DNA of 11,008 bases from a virus (lineage: Duplodnaviria > Heunggongvirae > Uroviricota > Caudoviricetes). The stretch lies in IMG/VR virus record IMGVR_UViG_3300029577_000076, positions 1-11,008 of that record; one strand, given 5' to 3'. Of the stretch, positions 1-8,637 are shown one piece after another (within the stretch, counting starts at the first letter, position 1; each line of letters opens with the position of its first letter). The notes beneath the pieces are model-generated. The model worked only from the letters and a program-made list of their open reading frames with translations. It made no database searches and was not told where the DNA came from. Made by a program: the position numbers and the translations under genes.

Positions 1-1109
1 ATTTCATTCCAGGGCCATTAATGAATTACTGGGCAGAGAGGAATAAGAAAAGACCTGCAGTTCTTCCTATGACCAGCAAGAAGGACAAAAACGGAACAGT
101 CATTTCAGAAGCTCAGGTTGCTGGCTGGACACCTCCGACACAAATGCCGCCTGCTCTTGCCGGGCTGTTGCAGTACACCGGAACGGCTATTCAGCAAATT
201 ACAGGTGCGTCGCAGCTTGAGAACATGCCGAGCAACGTCGCCACCGATACCGTTGATAGCATTTTTAACCGGATGGACACGCAGTCCTATATCTACATGG
301 ACAACATGGCTAAATCCATGCGCCGCGCTGGCGTTGTGTGGCTTTCTATGGCGCGTGAGGTCTATGGCAGTGATACGCCGATGCGTATCGTTAATGAGGA
401 CGGCAGCGATGACGTGGCGCTGATGACTGGTGAAGTGGTTGACCGTCAGACAGGGCAGGTTATCGCGCTTAACGACCTTTCGCAGGGTAACTATGAAGTG
501 ACTGTCGATGTCGGTCAGTCGTTCGCTACTCGCCGTGATGCAACGGTTAAGTCGTTACTTTCCATGCTGGCACTTATCCCACCAGGAACGCCGAAGCACG
601 ACCTTGTATCGTCGATGATTCTCGACAATATGGACGGCGAAGGGATGGACGACCTGAAAGAATACAACCGCAATCAGTTGCTTCTGTCTGGCGTTATCAA
701 GCCGAGAACGCCTGAAGAACAGCAGATGGTTGAACAGGCGAAACAACAACAGGCCAGTCAGCCAGATCCGGCTATGGTTGCAGCGCAAGGTCAGCTTCTT
801 GCTGGTCAGGCTGAATTGCAGAAAGCGCAGAACGAACAGGCAGCCATTCAGGTTAAAGCATTCCAGGCACAGACGGATGCTCAGGTTGCTGCGGCAAATG
901 TTGTGAAAATCCTCGCATCTGCCGATAGCCAGCAAAAATCTGATATCCGTGAGGCGCTGAAACTGCTCGGACAGTTCCAGCAACAGCAAGGAGATAATGC
1001 CCGTGCTGATGCAGAGCTTGTCCTGAAAAGTCAGGCACAGGGCCATGCGCAGCGCATGGACATCAGCAGCATCCTGCAAAAATCAACTCAGCAACAACCA
1101 CAGCAGTAA
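1..1109 (+). CDS. Portal protein, C-terminal ~369 codons (P22 gene 1-like); 5' end lies upstream of the window
   Basis: The frame of ORF 21..1109 stays open back to base 3, so the gene is truncated by the window edge. It sits immediately upstream of the scaffold and coat genes as in P22. The C-terminus is a long Gln/Ala-rich helical tail ending QQQPQQ, consistent with the C-terminal barrel of P22-type portals. Confidence 0.8.
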   Translation, partial: FIPGPLMNYWAERNKKRPAVLPMTSKKDKNGTVISEAQVAGWTPPTQMPPALAGLLQYTGTAIQQITGASQLENMPSNVATDTVDSIFNRMDTQSYIYMDNMAKSMRRAGVVWLSMAREVYGSDTPMRIVNEDGSDDVALMTGEVVDRQTGQVIALNDLSQGNYEVTVDVGQSFATRRDATVKSLLSMLALIPPGTPKHDLVSSMILDNMDGEGMDDLKEYNRNQLLLSGVIKPRTPEEQQMVEQAKQQQASQPDPAMVAAQGQLLAGQAELQKAQNEQAAIQVKAFQAQTDAQVAAANVVKILASADSQQKSDIREALKLLGQFQQQQGDNARADAELVLKSQAQGHAQRMDISSILQKSTQQQPQQ

Positions 1110-1199
1110 TTAACCCATAACGTGCAATGGCTGTCTTTATGAGGCCTGGCACCCTATTGCCTTCCGATGGGCTGAACATCGAGTAAACAGGGGTAACAA

Positions 1200-2093
1200 A
1201 TGGACCAGATGGCAGAAAACACACCAGAAGTTGAAATCGAAACCGACGCGTCAGAGCAGATTCCTGATGATGTCGAACTGGCTGAAGAAGTCGAAACAGA
1301 AGATGGCAGTGAGTCCTCCGGCAATGATGCAGAGGAAGCTACTGAAACTGATGACGACGAATTAGAACAGGAATTCTACTTTGGTGACGAAAAGCTGGAT
1401 TCGCCAACCAGCGAAGATGGCGCAGAGCATGGACTGGTAAAACACCTGCGCAAGACGATTAAAGAGAAAGACCGCGAGCTGAAAGAGCTGATGCGCCAGT
1501 CTCAGAAACCCGTCGAGCAGCAGCCGGTAATTACTCAACCACCGCGAATGCCAAAACTGGACGATGAGGACATCGGTTTCGATGAAGAAATCTACCAGCA
1601 ACGCATGGCTAAGTGGGCAGAGGATAACGGCAAGTACCAGCAACAGGAGATGGCTCGCAAGCAGAAGGAGCAGGAGCTTCAGGCTGCCTATCAAGAGCGA
1701 TTATCCAAATATCAGCAACGTGTTAAGGCTCTCAAAGTTCCTGGCTATCAGGAAGCTGAGCAGGCCGTACTCGAGGAAATCCCCATCGAGACACAAAACG
1801 CGATCCTGTTTGAGTCAGAGAAGCCGGAAATCGTTGTTCTGGCACTCGGTCGCAACGCTGAACTGCGCAAGCAACTGGCAGAAGCTACCAACCCCGTAGC
1901 AATTGGTCGTCTGCTGGAACGTATCGAATCGAAGGCCAGAATCATGCCAAAAGCAAAAACCACGGCAGCCACAACCCCGACAGTTAAGGGGAGCAACGGC
2001 GCAGTAATCAACAACCTCGACAAATTGAAAGCCAAGGCGCTGGAAACTGGTGACTGGACGCCGTATTTCGCCGCTAAAAAGGCAAAAAAATAA
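1200..2093 (+). CDS. Scaffolding protein (P22 gene 8-like)
   Basis: A 297-aa ORF between portal and coat, the syntenic position of P22 gp8 (about 303 aa). Shine-Dalgarno AGGGG lies about 7 nt upstream. The N-terminal ~80 aa are extremely acidic, the middle is charged and helical (KEKDRELKELMRQ, QKEQELQAAYQERLSKYQQRVKALK) and the C-terminus is basic, as expected for a coat-binding region. Confidence 0.8.
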   Translation: MDQMAENTPEVEIETDASEQIPDDVELAEEVETEDGSESSGNDAEEATETDDDELEQEFYFGDEKLDSPTSEDGAEHGLVKHLRKTIKEKDRELKELMRQSQKPVEQQPVITQPPRMPKLDDEDIGFDEEIYQQRMAKWAEDNGKYQQQEMARKQKEQELQAAYQERLSKYQQRVKALKVPGYQEAEQAVLEEIPIETQNAILFESEKPEIVVLALGRNAELRKQLAEATNPVAIGRLLERIESKARIMPKAKTTAATTPTVKGSNGAVINNLDKLKAKALETGDWTPYFAAKKAKK

Positions 2094-2111
2094 CCTATCG
2101 GAGCATTAAGC

Positions 2112-3365
2112 ATGGCTAACCAATTAGCAAAAGACCTTGAAATCATGTTCGAAAACTACGTTGAAGGCTTTGAGGCCGCCTGCGTAGTTTCCCGTAACGC
2201 TAAAAAATTCCGTCCCGGTGATACAGCAATGCAGCGAGCAGGTGATGTTCTGTATCGTCCGCAGCATTACCACATGAACATTGAGGAAGGCCTCGATCTC
2301 AGCAGCAAAACGCCAACAGCACTGGTTCAGCGCCTTGTTCCTTCAGTGTTCAAGGAGCCGAAAAACATTCTGTACACTCTGGATGCGCGTGAAATGCGTG
2401 ACCCGGAACATAAAACTGAAGCTGGTCGCGCCGCAGGTATGCGCCTTGCTGCACAGATTGACTCGGACCTGATTTCCATGGTCACGCAGCGTGCTACTAA
2501 CGTGATCACAATGGCTGACTCAACCACTGGTTCACAGGGCCGTGATTTGTGGAACTGTGCGGCAGGTATTGATGCCACCATGACGGCGATTGGGGTACCA
2601 CAGGGTATCAACCGCCGCTCTTTCTGGAACCCCTTCAACTACAAAGACCTTGCTGGCGAGCTTGGTCACCGTGCCTATGCTCAGGGCGCAACCCTGACAG
2701 CATACGAAAAAGCGCAGATCCCTCCGGTTGCGTCCTTCGATAGCTACAAGACCGATATTTCTGGTCGTGTTCCGAAGGGTACAGCAACTTCCATTACGCT
2801 GGCAGCAGCACCTGCGCACAAGGTTGAAGCGAAAGATGCTAACGATATGCCAGTGGATAACCGACAGGGGACCATTACGGTATCTGCTGAAGGTTTGCAG
2901 GTTGGCGATGCGTTTACCATCGCAGGGGTGAATTCCGTACACCAGATCACCAAAGATACCACCGGGCAGCCGCAGGTATTCCGCGTTCTGGCAGTTAGCG
3001 GAACGACAGTAACTATCTCCCCGAAAATTCTGCCGCCTGACAACGCGGATGTCGCCAGCCGTCCATATGCAAACGTTGATGCTAATGCGGCAAGTAGCGC
3101 AGCAATCACCATTCTCAACAAAAATGCCGCACCGGCTAACCTGTTCTGGGCTGATGGTTCTGTTGAACTGATGTACGGCAAACTGGCGTTCCCGACTGGT
3201 CAGGGTCCACAGGTAATGACAGCAACCACCGAGCAGGGCGCTACGCTGATCATGTCTTACGCCTTCGACCACATCAAAGGCGTAACCACTGCGCGTTTCA
3301 CCACTCTGTACGGTTGCTCTGTACTGGTTCCTGAATATACGGGCATCGTTATTGCCGGGCAGTAA
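2112..3365 (+). CDS. gp5: Major capsid (coat) protein, P22-like (gene 5 family)
   Basis: A 417-aa ORF with GGAG 8 nt upstream. Motifs align to recalled P22 coat protein: [15 protein letters not shown] vs [33 protein letters not shown] vs [32 protein letters not shown] vs NVFWADDAIRI. Overall similarity is low, suggesting a non-P22 coat subtype. Confidence 0.88.
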   Translation: [417 protein letters not shown]

Positions 3366-3371
3366 TTTAGG

Positions 3372-3395
3372 TGGGGCTTCGGCCCCATTTTTATT
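3372..3395 (+). terminator. Intrinsic (rho-independent) terminator immediately 3' of the coat gene
   Basis: Stem GGGGC (3373-3377), loop TTCG (3378-3381), stem GCCCC (3382-3386), with a possible extra T3372-A3387 pair, followed by ATTTTTATT (3387-3395). It starts 7 nt after the coat stop codon. Confidence 0.6.
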
Positions 3396-3406
3396 GGGAG
3401 AAGACA

Positions 3407-3595
3407 ATGGCACGAACAATGCTCTATAAGCCGGGCAACATGATCACCTGTGGTCAGTTTGCTGTCGATTACATCATTGTTGATGACGAAGAAGTTAAAT
3501 CTCACCTGAAAAAAGGCTGGGTAAAAACTCCTGAAGAAACCGCAACGAAGCAAAAAGTGGCTAAGGCGGAAGAAGATGGCGAAAACGAAGGGTGA
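3407..3595 (+). CDS. Small hypothetical protein (62 aa) between coat and gene 4
   Basis: ATG at 3407 is preceded by GGGAG (3396-3400). The GTG start at 3371 used in the ORF track falls inside the terminator hairpin and is unlikely. The product MARTMLYKPGNMITCGQFAVDYIIVDDEEV... has an acidic C-terminus and its last 20 nt overlap the gp4 start. I recall P22 having a small unnamed ORF in this position but cannot verify it. Confidence 0.5.
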   Translation: MARTMLYKPGNMITCGQFAVDYIIVDDEEVKSHLKKGWVKTPEETATKQKVAKAEEDGENEG

Positions 3596-4037
3596 TCTCG
3601 TTCTTAAGGCTTTACGAAAAGCCGGGCTGTATTCCAATGCCACGTTGACAGATGCTGACCCTCAGGCAATTGAAGATGCCATTAATGACCTCGAAGACAT
3701 GATGGCAGCATGGCAGGCAAAAGGTATCGAGCTTGGGTATCAGTTTGCTGATACAGAAAACGGCATCATGCCGTTACCTGACGATGATTCAGGTATCCCT
3801 GCATGGGCAAATGATGGCGTCGCTTTGAAACTCGCTGTGCAAGTGTGCATGGATAACGTCATTCAGCCGTCAGACGCTCTCCTTACCGCTGCTGACAGTG
3901 CATATCAGACAATCTGTATCGCTTTAACCAAAATACCACCACTTGAGCGGAGAAATGACATGCCTCGCGGTAGTGGTAACAAAAGCGCGTTTACGTGGAA
4001 TCGGTTTTACATCGAGAAAGATGATCCGAGTACGTGA
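3576..4037 (+). CDS. gp4: Head completion / tail adaptor protein (P22 gene 4-like)
   Basis: A 153-aa ORF whose N-terminus MAKTKGDLVLKALRKAGLYSNATLTDADPQAIEDAINDLEDMMAAW aligns closely to recalled P22 gp4 ([44 protein letters not shown]). The C-terminal RGSGNK motif also matches PTGSGN. Confidence 0.88.
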   Translation: MAKTKGDLVLKALRKAGLYSNATLTDADPQAIEDAINDLEDMMAAWQAKGIELGYQFADTENGIMPLPDDDSGIPAWANDGVALKLAVQVCMDNVIQPSDALLTAADSAYQTICIALTKIPPLERRNDMPRGSGNKSAFTWNRFYIEKDDPST

Positions 4038-4046
4038 GGTGAATAA

Positions 4047-5465
4047 ATGCCGATTCAGCAACTTCCGCTTATGAAAGGTGTCGGCAAAGACTTTCGAAAC
4101 GCCGACTATATCGACTATCTGCCAGTGAATATGTTGGCAACCCCCAAAGAAATCCTGAACAGCAGCGGATATCTTCGCTCATTCCCGGGCATTGCCAAAC
4201 GCTCTGATGTGAACGGTGTATCGCGCGGCGTCGAGTACAACATGGCGCAGAATGCTGTCTATCGTGTGTGTGGCGGCAAGCTCTACAAAGGCGAAAGCGA
4301 AGTCGGTGACGTCGCTGGAAGTGGTCGCGTATCAATGGCGCATGGTCGAACATCTCAGGCTGTAGGTGTTAATGGTCAACTGGTTGAGTATCGCTATGAT
4401 GGCACGGTTAAAACCGTCTCAAACTGGCCTACAGACAGCGGATTCACGCAGTATGAGTTAGGTTCGGTTCGCGACATTACACGCTTACGTGGCCGTTATG
4501 CGTGGTCAAAAGACGGAACTGATTCATGGTTCATCACTGACCTTGAAGACGAATCGCATCCTGACCGTTACAGCGCACAATATCGTGCCGAGTCGCAGCC
4601 TGACGGCATCATCGGCATAGGAACATGGCGAGACTTCATCGTCTGCTTTGGTTCATCGACGATTGAATATTTCTCCCTGACTGGCGCAACCACAGTTGGT
4701 GCTGCTTTGTATGTCGCACAGCCATCACTGATGGTGCAGAAAGGCATTGCCGGGACTTACTGCAAAACGCCATTCGCTGATTCGTATGCGTTCATCAGCA
4801 ATCCGGCAACAGGTGCGCCGTCTGTTTACATCATCGGCTCTGGTCAGGTATCACCAATCGCCAGCGCGAGCATTGAGAAAATTCTCCGCTCCTACACTGC
4901 TAATGAACTGGCTGATGGTGTGATGGAGTCTCTGCGATTTGATGCGCATGAGCTGCTGATTATCCATCTTCCGCGCCATGTTCTCGTGTACGACGCATCT
5001 TCAAGCGCCAATGGTCCGCAATGGTGTGTGCTGAAAACGGGCCTGTATGACGATGTGTACCGCGCTATCGACTTCATTTACGAAGGCAATCAGATAACGT
5101 GCGGTGATAAGCTGGAGTCCGTGACCGGGAAATTGCAATTCGACATCAGCAGCCAGTACGACAAGCAACAGGAACACCTGCTGTTTACTCCACTGTTCAA
5201 AGCGGATAACGCCAGAGTGTTCGACCTTGAGGTTGAATCGTCAACTGGCGTTGCGCAGTACGCCGACCGCCTGTTCCTATCGGCAACCACTGACGGCATC
5301 AATTACGGACGTGAGCAGATGATTGAGCAGAATGAACCGTTCGTTTACGACAAGCGTGTTTTGTGGAAGCGAGTAGGGCGCATCAGGAAAAATGTCGGCT
5401 TCAAATTGCGCGTTATCACGAAGTCACCTGTCACTCTGTCTGGCGCTCAGATAAGGATTGAGTAA
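4047..5465 (+). CDS. gp10: Head completion / tail accessory protein (P22 gene 10-like)
   Basis: A 472-aa ORF, the length I recall for P22 gp10, positioned between gene 4 and the tail needle. GAGGTGA lies about 6 nt upstream and the stop overlaps the next start (TAATG at 5463-5467). Confidence 0.82.
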   Translation: MPIQQLPLMKGVGKDFRNADYIDYLPVNMLATPKEILNSSGYLRSFPGIAKRSDVNGVSRGVEYNMAQNAVYRVCGGKLYKGESEVGDVAGSGRVSMAHGRTSQAVGVNGQLVEYRYDGTVKTVSNWPTDSGFTQYELGSVRDITRLRGRYAWSKDGTDSWFITDLEDESHPDRYSAQYRAESQPDGIIGIGTWRDFIVCFGSSTIEYFSLTGATTVGAALYVAQPSLMVQKGIAGTYCKTPFADSYAFISNPATGAPSVYIIGSGQVSPIASASIEKILRSYTANELADGVMESLRFDAHELLIIHLPRHVLVYDASSSANGPQWCVLKTGLYDDVYRAIDFIYEGNQITCGDKLESVTGKLQFDISSQYDKQQEHLLFTPLFKADNARVFDLEVESSTGVAQYADRLFLSATTDGINYGREQMIEQNEPFVYDKRVLWKRVGRIRKNVGFKLRVITKSPVTLSGAQIRIE

Positions 5466-6166
5466 TGGCTGATTCGAATCTCAATGTGCCGGTAATCATC
5501 CAAGCTACGCGGCTCGACACATCAATCCTTCCACGCAATATCTTCAGCCAGTCTTACCTGCTGTATGTCATTAATCAGGGGGCTGATGTCGGTGCAATTG
5601 CTGGAAAGGCAAATCAGGCTGGTCAGGGCGCTTATGATGCCCAAGTAAAAAACGATGAACAGGATGTCGAACTGGCTGACCACGATGCAAGAATCACCGC
5701 AAACACAAAAGCGATAAATCTCCTTGAGGTCAGGTTAACAACCGCCGAAGGGAAGATAGTCGTACTGCGTAGCGATGTTGATTACTTGCTGGATGAGGTT
5801 ATCGATATTCAGGCGCATCTGGTCACTGTTGACCAAAGACTGGATGGCGTAGAAAGCGATGTATCTGACATTAAGAGTGATTACGTATCGAAAACCGTAA
5901 CCGAATCGCAGTCTCTTGCGTCACCGCTGGATGTAAAAACATCATATTCAGTTGATGGAATTCAGGTTGTTGGAGCAAGAAATACCGGATGGACTGCAGC
6001 CACAGGTACACCTCTTCTTGGCTCATTCAACGCTAACCAGTCATACACGGTCGGCACTACGTACACACAATCCGAAGTCGCGGCTCTCGCTACAGGTTTG
6101 CAGCAGGCGCGGCAGCGTATTCTGGCGCTTGAAACAGCACTTAGATTACATGGGCTGATTGACTGA
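5465..6166 (+). CDS. gp26: Tail needle / cell-envelope-penetrating fibre (P22 gene 26-like)
   Basis: A 233-aa ORF. The first ~70 residues ([77 protein letters not shown]) are near-identical to recalled P22 gp26. The C-terminus ...[13 protein letters not shown] also matches P22 (ALEDALRAHGLID). The start overlaps the gp10 stop. Confidence 0.9.
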   Translation: MADSNLNVPVIIQATRLDTSILPRNIFSQSYLLYVINQGADVGAIAGKANQAGQGAYDAQVKNDEQDVELADHDARITANTKAINLLEVRLTTAEGKIVVLRSDVDYLLDEVIDIQAHLVTVDQRLDGVESDVSDIKSDYVSKTVTESQSLASPLDVKTSYSVDGIQVVGARNTGWTAATGTPLLGSFNANQSYTVGTTYTQSEVAALATGLQQARQRILALETALRLHGLID

Positions 6167-6621
6167 TGATTACATTCAAACCAACGCGAAACATCGACTT
6201 GATCGAAGCAGTCGGAAATCACCCTGACATTATTGCCGGGAGCAACAACGGTGATGGATACGACTACAAGCCTGAATGCCGTTACTTTGAGGTTAACGTG
6301 CACGGTCAGTTTGGCGGCATTGTTTACTATCAGGAGATTCAGCCGCTGACATTCGATTGCCACGCCATGTACCTGCCAGAGGTTCGTGGATTCAGCAAGG
6401 AAATCGGGCTGGCGTTCTGGCGATACATTCTGACTAACACCACCGTTCAGTGCGTAACATCGTTCGCTGCACGCAAATTCCGACACGGTCAGATGTACTG
6501 CGCAATGATTGGCCTTAAGCGTGTAGGAACCATCAAGAAATACTTCAAAGGCGTGGATGACGTGACGTTTTACAGCGCCACACGCGAAGAACTAATCGAC
6601 TTCCTGAATCACGGGAGATAG
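6166..6621 (+). CDS. P22 gene 14-like protein (inferred role in ejection-protein assembly; not verified)
   Basis: A 151-aa ORF in the syntenic position between the tail needle and ejection-protein genes. Its start overlaps the gp26 stop (TGATG) and its stop lies 2 nt before the next ATG. Assignment is by position and size only; I cannot recall the P22 gp14 sequence. Confidence 0.7.
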   Translation: MITFKPTRNIDLIEAVGNHPDIIAGSNNGDGYDYKPECRYFEVNVHGQFGGIVYYQEIQPLTFDCHAMYLPEVRGFSKEIGLAFWRYILTNTTVQCVTSFAARKFRHGQMYCAMIGLKRVGTIKKYFKGVDDVTFYSATREELIDFLNHGR

Positions 6622-6623
6622 CC

Positions 6624-7316
6624 ATGTTATATGCATTTAAGCTGGGCAGAAAACTGCGCGGCGAGGAACCTTATTGCCCTGAAAAGGGCGGGAAAGGTGG
6701 CAGCTCTGATAAAAGCGCAAAGTATGCAGCAGAAGCTCAGAAGTATGCTGCAGACCTGCAAAATCAGCAGTTCAACACCATCATGAACAACCTGAAGCCG
6801 TTTACTCCTCTGGCTGATAAGTATGTCGGCAGCCTCGAGAACTTATCGTCTCTGGAAGGGCAAGGTCAGGCGCTTAACCAGTATTACAACTCTCAGCAGT
6901 ATAAAGACCTTGCAGGTCAGGCTCGCTATCAGAGTCTGGCTGCAGCGGAAGCAACAGGTGGATTGGGTTCCACCGCAACCAGTAATCAGTTAGCAACAAT
7001 CGCACCAACGCTTGGTCAGCAATGGCTATCTGGTCAGATGAACAACTACCAGAATCTGGCAAATATTGGTCTTGGCGCACTGCAAGGTCAGGCAAACGCC
7101 GGGCAGACATATGCCAACAACATGAGTCAGATTTCGCAGCAAAGTGCGGCTCTTGCAGCGGCAAATGCCAACAGACCATCAGCAATGCAATCTGCTATTG
7201 GCGGAGGTGCGTCTGGTGCTATTGCTGGGGCTGGACTTGCGAAATTAATCGGTTCATCAACTCCGTGGGGGGCTGCGATCGGCGGCGGTCTTGGTCTGCT
7301 TGGCTCGTTGTTTTAA
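6624..7316 (+). CDS. Ejection (DNA transfer) protein, P22 gene 7-like
   Basis: A 230-aa ORF (P22 gp7 is about 229 aa) with GGGAGA upstream. It has a charged N-terminal leader, Gln/Asn-rich repeats (GQGQALNQ, LAGQARYQ, LSGQMNNYQ, LQGQANAGQ) and a Gly/Ala-rich hydrophobic C-terminus (AIGGGASGAIAGAGLAKLIG...AAIGGGLGLLGSLF). Confidence 0.78.
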   Translation: MLYAFKLGRKLRGEEPYCPEKGGKGGSSDKSAKYAAEAQKYAADLQNQQFNTIMNNLKPFTPLADKYVGSLENLSSLEGQGQALNQYYNSQQYKDLAGQARYQSLAAAEATGGLGSTATSNQLATIAPTLGQQWLSGQMNNYQNLANIGLGALQGQANAGQTYANNMSQISQQSAALAAANANRPSAMQSAIGGGASGAIAGAGLAKLIGSSTPWGAAIGGGLGLLGSLF

Positions 7317-7326
7317 GGGGTAATCA

Positions 7327-8637
7327 ATGGCTACGTGGCAACAGGGTATTAATTCTGGTGGTTTTCTGGCTGGCATCGGTACGCAAAATGAGAATGCGCC
7401 AAAGGCAAGCGACATTAACGCAACGCTTGGTCTGATCCGAGAAAACAATGAACTGGCTCGCTCAGGTGCAAATAACGTTGGTCTGACCGCGTTACGTGGT
7501 CTGGCTGGAGTTGCTGAGATTTACAATCAGGAACAGCAACAGAAAGCGATTAGTGCGTTCAATAAGGTTCATGCTGATGCATGGGCTTCTGGTGATCCAT
7601 CGGGACTATTTAAGTTTGCCCAGGAAAATCCAGCGTTTGTTGCACAGGCACAACAGGCGTTTTCCGGTCTTAATGAGCAGCAACGCAACGATATGGGCGA
7701 TTTAGCCATGAGGGCTAACGTCGCTCTTTCTCAGGGACCGGAAGCCTACAGTAAATTCATTACTGACAACAAGGACAGGTTAAATCGCGTGGGGGCGAAT
7801 GCTGACTGGATGATTCAGACAGGTATTCAGAATCCAGAGCAGCTATCACACATGCTGACTACTATGTCTCTCGGTGCGCTTGGACCAGAAAAGGCGTTTG
7901 CTGTTCAGGACAAGATGGCTGGTCGTGAAATTGACCGAGGCAAACTTGCAGAGACAATCCGCAGCAATCAGGCTGGAGAAGCACTAACAGCTCGAGGTCA
8001 GGACATCCAGATACGTGGACAGAACATCAGCGCACAGAATGCTGCTCTTTCCCGAGAAATACAAAGAGCAGAATTACAAGAAAAGGCTCTGGACAGACAG
8101 ATAGCCAGAGAAAGCAATCAGTTAAAGCTTGAAGAGCTAAAACAGAAACAGGCAGATGTTAGGCAAAAGGCTGACATAGCCCGCGCTGACAGGCAGGCCG
8201 CCGCTCAGGGTGCAGTTGATACGTTCAGCACCGCGCTTGATTCTCTCAACGAGATAGAGCAAAGCCCCGGCCTTTCAAAAGCAGTAGGAATTCGCTCAGC
8301 GTTTCCGACAGTTCCTGGCTCTGATGCGGCTAACTTTGAAGCAAGGCTCGACACCTTTAAAGCTCAAACATTCCTTCCTATGGTGCAGTCCCTGAAGGGT
8401 ATGGGTGCTCTTTCAGATGCTGAGGGTAAAAAATTATCCGATGCGGTTGGTGCCCTAAGCCCCAAAATGAGTGAAAAGGCTTTTCGTGACTCTNNNNNNN
8501 NNNGAAAGATTAGAAATCAGCTTGAAAGCAAGTTGAGCACTGTTAAAAAACAGTTTGATTATCAGGAGCCAGTACAGAATACGCCAGCGCAACAACCTAC
8601 TACTGGCAGTAATTTTTCTTCACTATGGGGTGATTAA
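7327..8637 (+). CDS. Ejection (DNA transfer) protein, P22 gene 20-like; contains a 10-N assembly gap at 8494-8503
   Basis: A 436-codon ORF with AAGGGG upstream, in the syntenic position between gene 7 and gene 16. The central region is charged coiled-coil-like ([48 protein letters not shown]). The frame is maintained across the N run and the stop overlaps the next start (TAATG), but the true length is uncertain. Confidence 0.72.
   Translation: MATWQQGINSGGFLAGIGTQNENAPKASDINATLGLIRENNELARSGANNVGLTALRGLAGVAEIYNQEQQQKAISAFNKVHADAWASGDPSGLFKFAQENPAFVAQAQQAFSGLNEQQRNDMGDLAMRANVALSQGPEAYSKFITDNKDRLNRVGANADWMIQTGIQNPEQLSHMLTTMSLGALGPEKAFAVQDKMAGREIDRGKLAETIRSNQAGEALTARGQDIQIRGQNISAQNAALSREIQRAELQEKALDRQIARESNQLKLEELKQKQADVRQKADIARADRQAAAQGAVDTFSTALDSLNEIEQSPGLSKAVGIRSAFPTVPGSDAANFEARLDTFKAQTFLPMVQSLKGMGALSDAEGKKLSDAVGALSPKMSEKAFRDSXXXXKIRNQLESKLSTVKKQFDYQEPVQNTPAQQPTTGSNFSSLWGD
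8494..8503. other. Run of 10 N (assembly gap or masked bases)
   Basis: Literal nnnnnnnnnn in the sequence, inside the gene-20 homologue. Confidence 0.99.

Noticed and set aside
555-1079. A 174-aa minus-strand ORF
   Set aside because: It is antisense to the portal gene, with no RBS and low-complexity Leu/Arg composition.
1748-2146. A 132-aa minus-strand ORF, and the 111-aa plus-strand alternate-frame ORF at 1564..1899
   Set aside because: Both lie within the scaffolding gene on the opposite strand or in another frame. There is no independent evidence for either.
3371-3406. GTG start extending the small ORF to 74 aa
   Set aside because: The GTG lies inside the terminator hairpin stem and has no RBS. 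The ATG at 3407 with GGGAG upstream is the better start.
2532-3419. A 295-aa minus-strand ORF
   Set aside because: It lies entirely antisense to the well-supported coat gene. It is Cys/Arg-rich with no start context and is a typical antisense-frame artefact.
5962-6486. A 174-aa minus-strand ORF spanning the gp26/gp14 junction
   Set aside because: It is antisense to two translationally coupled conserved genes and is Cys-rich, so it is most likely spurious.
6860-7140. Recurring GGTCAGG-type DNA motifs that might be a repeat array
   Set aside because: They are in frame and encode the Gly-Gln motifs of the gene-7 protein. There is no spacer/repeat regularity typical of CRISPR or mobile-element repeats.
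8494-8503. The N run as a biological feature
   Set aside because: It is an assembly or masking artefact, not sequence.
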